Origin: Octopus vulgaris
Taxonomy: Eukaryota
Length of the DNA stretch: 64,000 nucleotides
Direction of reading: 5' to 3'
NCBI GenBank assembly: GCA_951406725.2
Contig: OX597830.1
Coordinates: 5,828,001-5,892,000 of the forward strand
Shown: piece by piece, positions 27,001 through 39,921 of the stretch
Position numbering within the stretch: position 1 is the stretch's first letter
Layout: every line of letters starts with the position of its first letter
Position numbers and translations under genes: made by a program
The notes under the pieces: model-generated
Databases searched by the model: none
What the model was told of the DNA's origin: nothing
The model's input: only the letters and a program-made list of their open reading frames with translations

Positions 27001-27577
27001 AATAGCAGCAGTTACCATTTGTACGCTTCTTGTTGATTGCTTATCACCACATGCACTATTGGAAACGGTTTTACAGTCTTGCAGCTATTTGTTACCATTT
27101 GTTACTCCAACATATGTTTCTTAGATTCCAGAATCGAAAATAATTCAAACTAAATTAGTTTCACCTCATTGCTTAATCTTTCTATTACTATCAGCCAATC
27201 ATTGAAGCATTAAATAATTTTAGATCACAGAATATTTCATGGCTAGACACGTGTTAATCAGTTACGCGGTCCAAAACAAATCTCTCTTCCAATGGAATCA
27301 TCGATATTGGTGCCGATAGAGCATCGTTTTCTTGTTTTCATGATTTTCCTTCTACAATCTAGCTTTCATCTGATTCATTGTAATGTATTCTCGGTGATTC
27401 CGCTAGATGGAACTCTGTTCTAATTTCTTTAAATGCCACTAAGGAAAATTATCTGAAAAATCATATGAATAAATTGTGTTTTCATAATAGCCGCGTGGTT
27501 AAGAAGCTACTTCGCAATATCGTGGTTTCAAATTTGACCTCATTGTGTCGTGTCTCGAGTCAGTGACTCTTCATATA

Positions 27578-27992
27578 TATTTCTTTACTACCCACAAGGA
27601 GCTAAACATACAGGTGACAAAGAATCACAGACAAAGGGATTAAGTCGATTATATCGACCCCTGTGCGAAACTGGTACTTATTTAATCGACCCCGAAAGGA
27701 TGAAAGGCAAAGTCGACCTCCACGGAATTTGAACTCAGAACGTAACGACAGACAGAATACCTATTTTTTTACTACCCACAAGGGGCTAAACACAGAGAGG
27801 ACAAACAAGGACAGACAAACGGATTAAGTCGATTATATCGACACCAATGCGTAACTGGTACTTATTTAATCGACCCTCAAAGGATGAGAGGCAAAATCAA
27901 CCTCGGCGGAATTTGAACTCAGAACGTAGCAGGAGACTAAATACCGCTAAGCACTTCACCCGACGTGCTAACGTTTCTGCCAGCTCACCGCC
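27578..27992 (-). mobile_element. SINE family A, two units
   Basis: Reverse complement of family A. Confidence 0.9.
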
Positions 27993-28107
27993 TTTCACTC
28001 TTGTTATAGCCTCGATTGATATTTCTGAGTGAACTCTGATAGTCACACATTGAGTGTAAATGCTGCCGGACTGACGGTCAAGTGGAAGAATTGATTTACT
28101 GCCTTGA

Positions 28108-28250
28108 TTAACCCGTTAGAATTTAGACTAGCCATATCTGGCCAAAATATTCTACCTAGTTTATGTTCAAACTGACCAGATCCAGTCTTTCCCACTCATC
28201 CGACAATGTCATTCTAACAATAAACCATCACATCAGTGCAATCTTGAAGT
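28108..28250 (+). mobile_element. Possible piggyBac-type MITE left end
   Basis: Begins TTAA|CCC. No matching right end was found. Confidence 0.35.
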
Positions 28251-28367
28251 GTCAGCATTATCCTATATGTTGTAATTCCTCGTGGTATGTATAACATCGC
28301 AGGATAATTTCTGCAATTTCAAGGATGCACGTATCAGAGATATATTCAAATTTAAGAAATAATTTTA

Positions 28368-28587
28368 GGCGGCTAGCTTGCAGAATCGTCAGCAAGTCGG
28401 GTACAATGCCTTGCGGCATTTCGTCCGTCTTTATGTTCTGAATTCAAATTCTGCCGAGATCGACTTTGCCTTTCATCCTTTCGGGGTCAGTAAATTAAGT
28501 ACGAGTTGAACACTGCGATCGATGTAATCGACTAGCCCCTCCTCTCAAATTTTCAAGCCTTGTGCCTATAATAGAATGGATTATTAT
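28368..28587 (+). mobile_element. SINE family A, single unit (further decayed copies at about 28705-28835 and 29110-29320)
   Basis: Family A head and body motif. Confidence 0.85.
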
Positions 28588-28843
28588 AGCCACTGTCAAG
28601 AGAAGAAACAGTAAATATATTCACTTTAGAAAATGGTAGTGAATAACACCTTTGCACGATTATCCACATATCAGAGACATATTCAAATTTAAGAAATAAA
28701 GTAACGAGCTGGCAGAATCGTTAGCAAGTCGGACAAAATGCTTTGCATGTTTTCGTCCGTGTCAATAAAATAAGTACCAGTTATGTACTGGTGTTGATTA
28801 GACACCAACCTGGCCTTGTGCCAAAATTTGAAAATAATATTTC

Positions 28844-29077
28844 ACTTTTGGATTTGGTTTGCAAGGTTGTTTATATGACTTCGTGTGTTGTCGCATATTA
28901 TGTTGTGCTTGAGGAGAGTCATTTTTTTGTGTGCTTTATAATTAAACACACTCACCGTTAAAATTTCCACTTATTCCTTATTTTTATTTTCCTAAAATGT
29001 TCGTTGCATCTTGCAACCTTTTCAATGGTCTATTGAAAAGGTTGCAAGTCGCAACGAAAGTGGAAATTTTACCGGTG
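28844..29077. mobile_element. Short insertion with internal inversion and 19-bp TSD (Penelope-like terminal repeat?)
   Basis: Flanks aatttgaaaataatatttc (28825-28843) / aatttgaaaataatacttc (29078-29096). Inverted arms at 29000-29026 and 29032-29058. Confidence 0.6.
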
Positions 29078-29820
29078 AATTTGAAAATAATACTTCTGTA
29101 GTTTTCAAGGGGTGAGCTTCCAGAATGTTTAGCACGCCGGGAAAATGTTTAGCAGAATTCGTCCGGTTTTACAGTTTGAGTTCAATATCTGCCGAGGTCG
29201 ACTTTTCCTTTCATCCTTTCGAAGTCTATAAAACAAGAACGAATTAAGCAGTGATGCTTATGTAATCGACTTGTAGCCACATCAGTGAAATTGCTGAACT
29301 TGTACGAAAATTTAAGAAATAATTTTACTTCAACTGAATCCAAGAAATCTCATCTACACCCTTCCACCCCAGGTTACGCTATTTTATTGATGTGACAGAA
29401 ATGACCTCGAACTCATCACATCCTCTGTACTTGGGTATAAACAGCTTGAGTGGGGTGTTCCAGGAAGTTGATTATGTGGGGGTGAGAAGATAAAGAATAT
29501 AAATCAATCCATATAATTGATTAGTAGTTAGTTTATCAATTAAATCTGAAATGACGGAAATCAAAAATGACACCAGAGGGATTTGATCACGCAATGAGAA
29601 GATTTGGAATAATAACACAGAAGTGTTTTGCTCGACGCTGGAAATGTTCAGTGAATCGCCAGCTTATGGAGTAGGAATTGAGAGATGGGGAGAGAGAGAG
29701 ATAAAGTAAGAGAGACAGACAAACAGACAGAAAGACAGAGAGAGAAAGAGTGAGCTAACAGAAAAGATATGTATCGTTGTATTAAATGAATCGAACGTAT
29801 ACATACATAAAATCATGTGG

Positions 29821-29867
<47 letters not shown>

Positions 29868-30278
29868 TGTGTGTGAGAATGTATCATGTGTATATACGTG
29901 TGTGTGTGTGTGCGTGTGTGTGAGAATGTATCATGTGTATATACGTGTGTGTGTGTGTGCGTCTTAAATTGCATATAGATCGCACGTAGGATAACTTGAC
30001 TGTAATCTTCAATATACTGCATGTGTTTTTAATTTCTTCTTTCCAATTAATAATATCTTAATTATCTTAGCATTTCTCAATTATCTAACCCGCTCTCTAT
30101 TCGTATGTGACGTGGTTTTAGGATTTAATGGACTGGAAACTAGTTAAAACTATATTCCATGCAGATGCAATATTATTCAATATACACCTGGTCAGGTACA
30201 CAACCAGTTTAGATTAATGTTGTGCCAAGGAACATTTTCATCAACAAAGCAGAAACGCAATGCAAAATCAACATGCAC

Positions 30279-31761
30279 AAGTCAGTTAAATTCAGGTCAG
30301 TTCAATTCAAGTCCGTTCTATTTAGGTCAGTTCTATTCAGGTCCGTTCTATTTAGATCAGTTCAATTCAGGTCAGTTCAATTCAAGTCCGTTCTATTTAG
30401 GTCAGTTCTATTCAGGTCCGTTCTATTTAGATCAGTTCAATTCAGGTCAGTTCAATTCAAGTCCGTTCTATTTAGATCAGTTCAATTCAGGTCAGTTCAA
30501 TACAGGTCCGTTCTATTTAGGTCAGTTCTATTCAGGTCCGTTCTATTTAGATCAGTTCAATTCAGATCAGTTCAATTCAAGTCCGTTCTATTTAGGTCAG
30601 TTCTATTCAGATCCGTTCTATTTAGATCAGTTCAATTCAGGTCAGTTCAATTCAGGTCCGTTCTATTTAGGTCAGGTCTATCCAGATCAGCTCTATTTAG
30701 GTCAGTTCTTTTAAGGTCAGTTTAATTTAGGTCCATTCTATTGAGGTCAGTTCTATCCAGGTCAGTTCTATTTAGGTCAGTTCTATTCAGGTCAGTTCTA
30801 TTTAGGTCATTTCTATTCAGGTCCGTTCTAATTAGGTCCGTTCTATTTAGGTCAGTCCTATTCAGTCCGTTCTATTTAGGTCAGTTCTATTCAGGTCAGT
30901 TCTATTTAGGTCAGTTCTATTTAGATCAGTTCTATTCAGGTTAGTTCTATTCAGGTCAGTTCTATTTAGGTCAGTTCTATTTAGGTCAGTTCTATTCAGG
31001 TCCATTCTATTTAGGTCAGTTCTATTCAGGTCAGTTCTATTCAGGTCAGTTCTATTCAGGTCCGTTCTATTTAGGTCAGTTCTATTCAGGTCCGTTCTAT
31101 TTAGATCAGTTCTATTCAGGTCATTTCAATTCAGGTCAGTTCTATTTAGGTCAGTTCTATTCAGGTCAGTTCTATTTAGGTCAGTTCTATTCAGGTCCGT
31201 TCTATTTAGATCAGTTCTATCCAGGTCAGTTCAATTCAGGTCCGGTCTATTTAGGTCAGTTCTATTTAGGTCCGTTCTATTCAGGTCAGTTCATTTCAGG
31301 TCCGTTCTATTTAGATTAGTTCTATTCAGATCCGTTCTATTTAGGTCAGGTTTATTCAGGTCAGTTCAATTCAGGTCGGTTTTATTCAGGTCAGTTCAAT
31401 TCAGGTCCGTTCTATTTAGGTCAGTTCTCTTCAGGTCAGTTCTATTTAGGTCAGTTCTATTCAGGTCAGTTCAATCCAGGTCCGTTCTATTCAGGTCAGT
31501 TCAATTCCGGTCCGTTCTATTTAGATCAGTTCTATTCAGATCCGTTCTGTTTAGGTCAGTTCTATTCAGGTCAGTTCAATTCAGGTCCGTTCTATTTAGG
31601 TCAGTTCTATTCAGGTCAGTTCTATTCAGGTCAGTTCAATTCAGGTCGGTTTTATTCAGGTCAGTTCAATTCAGGTCCGTTCTATTTAGATCAGTTCTAT
31701 TCAGGTCCGTTCTATTTAGGTCAGTTCTATTCAGGTCAGTTCTATTCAGGGCCGTTCTATT
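30279..31761. repeat. 15-bp-unit tandem satellite/minisatellite, roughly 100 units
   Basis: Consensus T(C/T)AGGTC(A/C)GTTC(T/A)AT, with a 75-bp higher-order duplication at 30292-30441. Confidence 0.97.
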
Positions 31762-31869
31762 AAACAAACATCTATCGAAAAATAAGGTAGAGAGCTTTCG
31801 AGGTATGTTTCGTAGAAGTAAGAGTTCTCCGTACAGATAGAGTCCTTACAAATGGACCCAAATAATGCG

Positions 31870-32150
31870 AGATGTGTTTTCCGTCATTTCTTTCTCCATC
31901 AATTTATCAATTTCCAATATCCCCAAGTGCATATAGCCCGTCTCTTCTATCTGCTTCGTAACCTCCAACGACGGTATCACTAGCCCGTCCATACATTTGA
32001 TTTTTGCCTCTCTTCAAGACTAACACAACACACCTTTTCACTCCAAACTCCATCCTGATATCAGCACTGAAAGAATACTCCGTATCAACGAGGGAACTGA
32101 CTTGGGATCTATTTTTAGCATAAAGTCTTAGGCCACCCATGAATAACATT
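31870..32150 (-). mobile_element. R4/Dong-clade LINE RT fragment (inverted 5' segment)
   Basis: 'MLFMGGLRLYAKNRSQVSSLVDTEYSFSADIRMEFGVKRCVVLVLKRGK' matches LFMDDLKLYAK..FS.DI.MEFG..KC. It ends with 'GYMHLGILEIDKLMEKEMTE'. Confidence 0.85.
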
Positions 32151-32260
32151 ATCATTATTGAATCTTTTTTTGCCAGTTACTAATAACAGTGGCCTGGTTC
32201 AAATACGGTTTTCTGTTTGAGCATACACATGTGTGTGAGTTTGTGTGTGTGTATGTGTGT

Positions 32261-32297
<37 letters not shown>

Positions 32298-32319
32298 TAT
32301 GATTATGTATGCTAAATTA

Positions 32320-33600
32320 GCGAGATGGAGTACATGCAAAGACTGAGACTGATGTTTAATTAGAAATTAAAAGGACGGAATAAGATTGAAGCTCTCAACA
32401 CCTGGGCGGTATCACTCCTTAGATATGGACCACAGGTAATCGCATGGAGAGTGGATAAAATAAATAACTTAGAAAGATAAGGAAGTTGCTGACTAGATAT
32501 GGGATACGCCAGCCAAAACGTGACACAGACAGACCAATAAAAAGAGGGGGGGAAGGACTGATTGGATGCGAACACAGCATTGGAGCAGAAGAAAACAATA
32601 TAGCATGGTATATAAAAAAAATGCCACAGAACCGTTATTACTGGAAGTAAGAAGGTCAGGCTTGAGTAGGACAGAAGATTTGCAAAGATAAAGCACTACA
32701 CAAGCACTTGAGAATGAATGAAACTAAAAGTACGTGGATAAAGAAAAGAATGCATGGACAATTTCATAGGGATGTTGAAGATAGGACAGACAGAGAAAAA
32801 ACATGGCTATGAATGACAAAAATTGATTTAAAACGGAAAAGGAAGCTCTAATCTGTGCCCAGGAGTAAGCTTTAAGAACGAATTACATCAAATAGAGAAT
32901 AGACAACACACCAGAAAGTGATAAGTGCAGAATTTATGGAGAAAATGGCGAACCCGTATGGCATATTACTAGTCAATGTACGGTGCAAGACCAGAAAGAA
33001 TCTAAGAGACGCCATGACAATATAGCAAGGATTGTCCATTGGACCAACTGCAACAAGTATGGACTTGACAGAGCAAAAAATGAGTATAAACCCGAAGGCA
33101 TCATGGAAAATGATAATGCAAAGATCCTATGTGATTTTATGATTCAGTGCCATAGTTAATTGAGAAAGAAAGCAAACGTTGTTGGATCATAGATATAGCA
33201 TGTTCAGCTGACAACAAGGTATTCGATAAGGAAGAAAGAAAAGTGCATTGATATAACAGGTTAGCTTGGGAGGTTAAGCAGTTGTAATTGCTAAAAAAGG
33301 TGGTAGTAGTACCAATAATTGTTGGAGCCCTGGGAACAGTAACTAAAACTCTTGAGAAGTACAAGGAACAAATAGGGGATGCAATATGGGTGGAGCACTT
33401 GCAGAAAAGAGCACTGCTTGGAACCGCTGGAATACACTGGATGGTGCTCGAAAAAGAAGGGGTATCACCTTAGTTCACAGGTAGTGAACAGCTGACACCG
33501 TAGTACATCTCCAGCGTTAGAAGCTGTGTACAGACAATAAGATAATAAAAATGATAATAGTAATAATAATAATAATAAAAATAATAATAATAACAACAAC
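32320..33600 (+). mobile_element. R4/Dong-clade LINE 3' part (RT end, CCHC knuckle, restriction-like endonuclease) with (AAT)n tail
   Basis: Motifs [77 protein letters not shown] and LQKRALLGTA. Many stops. Confidence 0.9.
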
Positions 33601-33762
33601 AACAACAACAGCAGCAAATTAATAATTAAGATGTTGATGAGGAGGACAGGACGTGGGAGATGAAGAAAAATGAGATAAAAGTATATCGAGAAATATGATG
33701 AAAGTACCGGCGAGTTCTTATCGTAAGAAAAGTACGGGAATTATAAAATTGACGTAGAAAGA

Positions 33763-33803
<41 letters not shown>

Positions 33804-33844
33804 TACATATATACATGTATATATATACATACATATGTATATAT

Positions 33845-33913
<69 letters not shown>

Positions 33914-34087
33914 TAAGGGGCGTGTGATGATGATGGTGATCATGATGATGGCGACGACGACGACAATGATGAGGATAATGATGATGAAGAGGCTGATAAC
34001 AGTATTGATTATATTTGTTGCCAGTCACCGTTTTTTTTCATATTTATCTTCATAACTCTGTCTTCATTCAAAATTCTTTATCTTAAT

Positions 34088-34257
34088 TCTTCTTCTTCTT
34101 CTTCTTCTTCTTCTTCTTCTTCTTCTTCTTCTTCTTCTTCTTCTTCTTCTTCTTTTTCTTCTTCTTCTCCTTCTTCTTCTTCTTCTTCTTCTTCTTCTTC
34201 TTCTTTTCTTCTTCTCTTCTTCTTCTTCTTCTTCTTCTTCTTCTTCATCTTCTTCTT
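34088..34257. repeat. (TTC)n microsatellite
   Basis: Direct read of the sequence. Confidence 0.95.
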
Positions 34258-34273
34258 TATTATTATTATTATT

Positions 34274-34796
34274 CAGTAGTTTTATTTTTATTTTTATAGC
34301 GTGCTTTCACTTCACTACCGAGCGCAGCTCTGTGTGCCTTGGGTATGTGCTGTGATTTGTTGTGATGCTCTGATGGTTATTGTATGGAAAGTGTTCTGCG
34401 TAGGATGTGTGCAGTGCCCAGTAGTGCAATTTTCTGTATGTTATATGTGTTTGTAAGTCCTGGTGTTTTTGTTATGTATTTGTCTGAATATTTTTTATCA
34501 TGCCTAATGCACCTACTATGATAGGAATTGTTTCTGTTTTCAGATTCCACATTCTAGTTACCTCTATTTCCAGGTCTTTGTATTTTGAGAGTTTCTCCAT
34601 TTCTTTTAGAGACACGTTGTCATCTGCCGGTACTGATACATCAATTAGAAAGCATTTTTTTCTTCATGGTCTCTGACAACTATATCTGGTCTGTTGGCCT
34701 TAATTTCTCTATCTGTGTGTATCGGCATATCCCAGAGTATGGTTGCTTTCTCGTTTTCTGTGACCTTTTCTGGTGTGTGCCTATACCATCTTTTTC

Positions 34797-34797
<1 letters not shown>
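34274..34797 (-). mobile_element. Younger R4/Dong-clade LINE 3' fragment inserted in (TAA)n
   Basis: WYRHTPEKVTENEKATILWDMPIHTDREIKANRPDIVVRD...[41 protein letters not shown], with (TTA)n on both flanks. Confidence 0.9.
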
Positions 34798-34869
<72 letters not shown>

Positions 34870-34870
34870 A

Positions 34871-35242
34871 GGCGGAGAGTTGGCAGAATCTTTAGCACAT
34901 AGGGCGAAATGCTTCTGAGTCCAAATTCTGCCGAGGACGACTTTGCCTTTCATCCTTTCGGGGTCGATTAAATATGTACCAGTTACGCACTGGGATCGAT
35001 GTAATCGACTTAATCCGTTTGTCTGTCCTTGTTTTTCCCCTTTGTTTTTAGCCCCTTGTGGGTAGTAAAGAAATAGGTATTTCGCCAGTCGTTATGTTCT
35101 GTGTTCAAATTCTGCCGAAGTCGATTTTGCCTTTCATACTTTCGGGGTCGATAAATTAAGTACGAGTGAAACACTGGGGTCGACGTAATTGACTAACCCT
35201 CCTTCCAAATCTCAAGCCTTGGGCCTTTAATAGAATGGATTA
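34871..35242 (+). mobile_element. SINE family A, two units
   Basis: Family A motifs. Confidence 0.9.
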
Positions 35243-35468
35243 ATTTTATCATAATAATATGAAGATGATTTAAGTTACAATGGTAGCACTTTACAGCAGC
35301 AGCAGCAGTAGTAGTAGTAGTTGTTGTTGTTGCTGTTGTAGTTTTAGTAGACCAATAAGCACTAAAACAATTGAGAGAGCAACAACAATAATGGCAAAAA
35401 TGATAATGATGATCATATAACAAAATACTAATTAAAACAACCCAACAACAATAAAAATGGTAATATGG

Positions 35469-35557
<89 letters not shown>

Positions 35558-35594
35558 GCTGTTATTATTACTATAATTATCATCATCGTCATCA

Positions 35595-35626
<32 letters not shown>

Positions 35627-36209
35627 GCTTTTATAAGTTGTTGTAGTATTATTGTTTTTATTCTAACATAAAAGAAAATATTATTAGCTGCATTATTGTT
35701 ATTATGATTATTATTATTAATATCATTATTATTATTATCATAAACAACAATTATTCAGCCCTCATTCTTTGATGATGGAATGCACGATTAGTTCCATTGA
35801 AGGTTAAATTTCTTGAATTCATATCCGGAAACATTGATAGAGTCCACAGCTTGGTAATTCTCTATGGCTTCATGATACAGACCAATGAGAATATTTCTTT
35901 TATTAACAACCATACCCACGCATACACAAAAACACACACAAATATATATATACAACAACGTACGGATCTGTACGTGTATGTATGCATGTAGGTATGTATG
36001 CATACATGCATGTATGCATATGTGTGGTATGAACGTGTTTAAGTGTGTACATATCCTTCTGTATCTTTATCTATATATATGTATTTGTATTAGTGTGCGC
36101 ATAAGTGTACGCATACAGGTATATACATATATATGCACATATTAATTGTACTATATGGATGTGTGTGTGTGTATTTACTTTAGGCTGTGTGTGTACAGGT
36201 GTACATGCG

Positions 36210-36242
<33 letters not shown>

Positions 36243-36478
36243 GCCTGGTTGGTGGCCGAAACGACGTATATATTTATATACACAGGGCATATATATATAT
36301 ATATGAAGGATACTGCAATAAGTATGTAAATCTGAGAGAGGAATATGCTATATAAAAATCGCAAGTCACTCATCATCCTGTATTTTCTCTTACACAAAGC
36401 CAGGAATTTTTGAGCACACCACGTGTATATGTGTGTGCGTGCATGTGTGTGTGTGTCTTCAGATTATACACACACACC

Positions 36479-36547
<69 letters not shown>

Positions 36548-36578
36548 ATATATACATAAATTTATACTGATATACATA

Positions 36579-36620
<42 letters not shown>

Positions 36621-36698
36621 CGTATATATACAGACGTATATATTTATACACATATATATATATATATAGATATAAATGTATATATATATACATATATA

Positions 36699-36746
<48 letters not shown>

Positions 36747-37332
36747 TATATATATATATATACAGATTTATATAAATTTATGTATATACACATGTATATA
36801 TACCTATATATAAACAAATATATACACATAAATATATATACACATACATACATATATAATTATATAATTACATTTGTTTATAAAACTTGTAGAATGCTGA
36901 GCTAAACACATCCACAGTTGTTAACCACCAGACGATACGTACGCAAATAGACTTACGACAGGAATTCTTTGGTGTCCGTAGATGTCTGTACATAAATACG
37001 TACACAAACACACACAAACACGCATGCCTATGTATATATATTCATATGTTTATATATATATATATATGTATACACACATTTCTATTATGCATTACAAAAC
37101 TAATAACCTGGTGTAGAACTCAATATACGTGTCCTTCAGAACGCAATGTCAGACGAGTTGAGAGCGCTAATGAAAAACAGAAAGAAGCTCGTCGTATATA
37201 TATATATATATATATATGTGTGTTTGTGTGTGTGTGTGTACGTATTTATGTGTCTGTGCTTGTCCCCACCATTATTTCACGACAAATGTTGGTGTATTTA
37301 TGACCCTATATATACGTATATTTATTTATATA

Positions 37333-37496
37333 TAGGAGCAGGAGCAGCTATGTGGTAGTGTATCTTGCTTATCAACCACATGGTTCCAGGTTCAGTTCCA
37401 CTGCGTGGCACCTTGGGCAAGTGTCTTATACTATAGCCTCGGGCCGACCAAAGACTTGTTGTGTGCATTTGGCAGAAACTGAATGAAGCCCGTCGT

Positions 37497-37528
<32 letters not shown>

Positions 37529-38185
37529 ACATAATACACAATAAGAAAATGGAGGAATATATATTAATCAATCATCAACAACCAGATAATACTAATTCAC
37601 ATAATTTATAAACTAATTATATAGGAACATCCAGATCAAACACAATAACAATAATTGTGTTTGATCTGGATTTTCCTATGTAGTTGCTTAATAAATTATG
37701 TGAATTAGTATTATCTGGTAGTTGATGATTGATTAAGATATATTCCTCCATTTTCTTATTTTGTATTATGAATTTGAGGTAAAACATTTCACCTTCGCCC
37801 ATATAATACAATAAATGAATTGATTGCATTGCAATTCTTAGCATTTATGTATTAGCATTTCTGGGTGCTTTACTGGCAGTATATTGGATATATGTTATCC
37901 CATAGAGGGTTACACTCACAACCCCTATCTCACTTTGTAATTATGTATATACATATATACATGTGTGTGTGTGTTTGTGTTTGTGTGTCTGTGTTTGTCA
38001 CACCAACATCGCTTGACAACCGATGCTGGTGTGTTTACGACACCCGTAACAAAGCAGTTCGGCAATGCAGACTGATAGAATTTGTACTAGGCTCACAAGG
38101 AATAAGTTCTGGGGTCGATTTTCCCGACGGAAGGCGGTGCTCCAGCATGCCGCAGTCAAATGATTGGAACAAGTAAAAGAATAAC
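37333..38185 (+). mobile_element. SINE family B split by an insertion (head about 37333-37500, 3' half about 37960-38185)
   Basis: Head and tail are colinear with 11254-11648 but separated by about 420 bp of foreign sequence placed in the internal TA tract. Confidence 0.8.
37530..37770. repeat. Long near-perfect palindrome (about 117-bp arms, 7-nt loop)
   Basis: cataataca..aataagaaaatggaggaatata...ccagatcaaacacaat-aacaata-attgtgtttgatctgg...tatattcctccattttcttatt.tgtattatg. Confidence 0.9.
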
Positions 38186-38220
38186 AGAAAAATGAATATA
38201 TATAATGATAAAAAAAAAAA

Positions 38221-38302
<82 letters not shown>

Positions 38303-38588
38303 TCGCACGCATAAGATTATATACACATTTGTATGTATATATATATGGACACACGTGTCGGTTTATAAAAATTTCGAAAAATTATTCTTCCGCATAAAAC
38401 TCGGTATTATTACGCAATAGGTTTTCCATTTTCTTTTTGGTTCAATATTTGAAAAAAATTATTTAAAATCTTGTGATCTTTAACAACTTCATTCTCGGTA
38501 AAAATCGATTTTAGATGTCTACCACTTTACTTCTTTTGGTTTGTGCGTGCGTGTGTGTCTGTTTACGCGTGTATGAGTGTCCGTAGAA

Positions 38589-38619
<31 letters not shown>

Positions 38620-39862
38620 CATACATATACACACACATAATATATATTATATATATATATATTCGCATATATATACATATATACATATATGTATATATAT
38701 ATACGTGTATATATATATATATATATATATATCCATATACGTATATTTATATACATATATATATATATATGTATGTATACATATATGTGTGTATATATAT
38801 ATATATAGAGAGAGAGACATATATCAATATGTACATATATATATATATACATATATATATGTATACATATATGTGTGTATATATATATAGAGAGAGAGAG
38901 AGAGGGAGAGAGAGAGAGGGAGAGACATATATATATATATATATACATCTATGCATCTGTATATGTATATATATATATGTGTGTGTGTGTGTGTATATAT
39001 AAATATGTACGTACATACATACACATATATTTATAAATATGCAAGTATACACATATATACATATATGTATATATATATATATGTATGACCCAGCATAGTA
39101 GTCTAATGACTGAAACAAGTTAGGACGCATACATACATACATATATAATATGTGTGTATGTGTGTGCACGTAAGATTCGTATCTAGGTATATACGCATAC
39201 ACACAAACACGCTCACACACACACATATATATACATATAGTTCATAGCACACCAATGTTCATTAGCCAATGATTTTAATATCTGTGTAAAGACATACAAC
39301 CGCAATGGTGTTATTTTATCTCATAGTTTTCGTTTTGTGTTATTGTTGAAAAACTTATCTCCACAAGCACGGACGTCTTTCAAAAACCACCATCTCCACC
39401 ACCACTACCACCATCTCCTCCAGGACCACCACCACCACTACAAAAATATGCGTATATCAAAGATCTTTTACCCGAAAAACTTATGCGTATTTCCATTTAA
39501 TTTAGTGAATCACATAATTGAAGATACAAAAAATATATGTAAGAATGAATTTGGTTTTCTATATTAAGGAGGAACGAAAAATATAAAAAAACCGCTGCGT
39601 TTTATTTTCTGTTGTTCACTGAAAATGTATTAAATACTGTCTTGCCATTATATATGGACGGTTTAAGTGTTGGAATACAAAGGATATTGAGATTTAATAA
39701 CGGTAAGAAGAGGGACTAAGGGGAGAGTGTGGTAGGAGTGGTGAGAGGAAGGGGAGAATGGGAAAAGTATGAGGAGATGGAGAAGGAGATTGAATGAGGA
39801 TAGAAAGAGATGAAGAAGCGGTACATGAAAAGGAGGAAAGAAAAATAAAGAGTAGTAGTAGC

Positions 39863-39921
<59 letters not shown>

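Noticed and set aside
30217-30944. Repetitive ORFs (GQFYS / RSVLF pentapeptides) and a CRISPR-like look
   Set aside because: They are products of the 15-bp satellite. The frames break by indels, there are no unique spacers or cas genes, and the DNA is eukaryotic.
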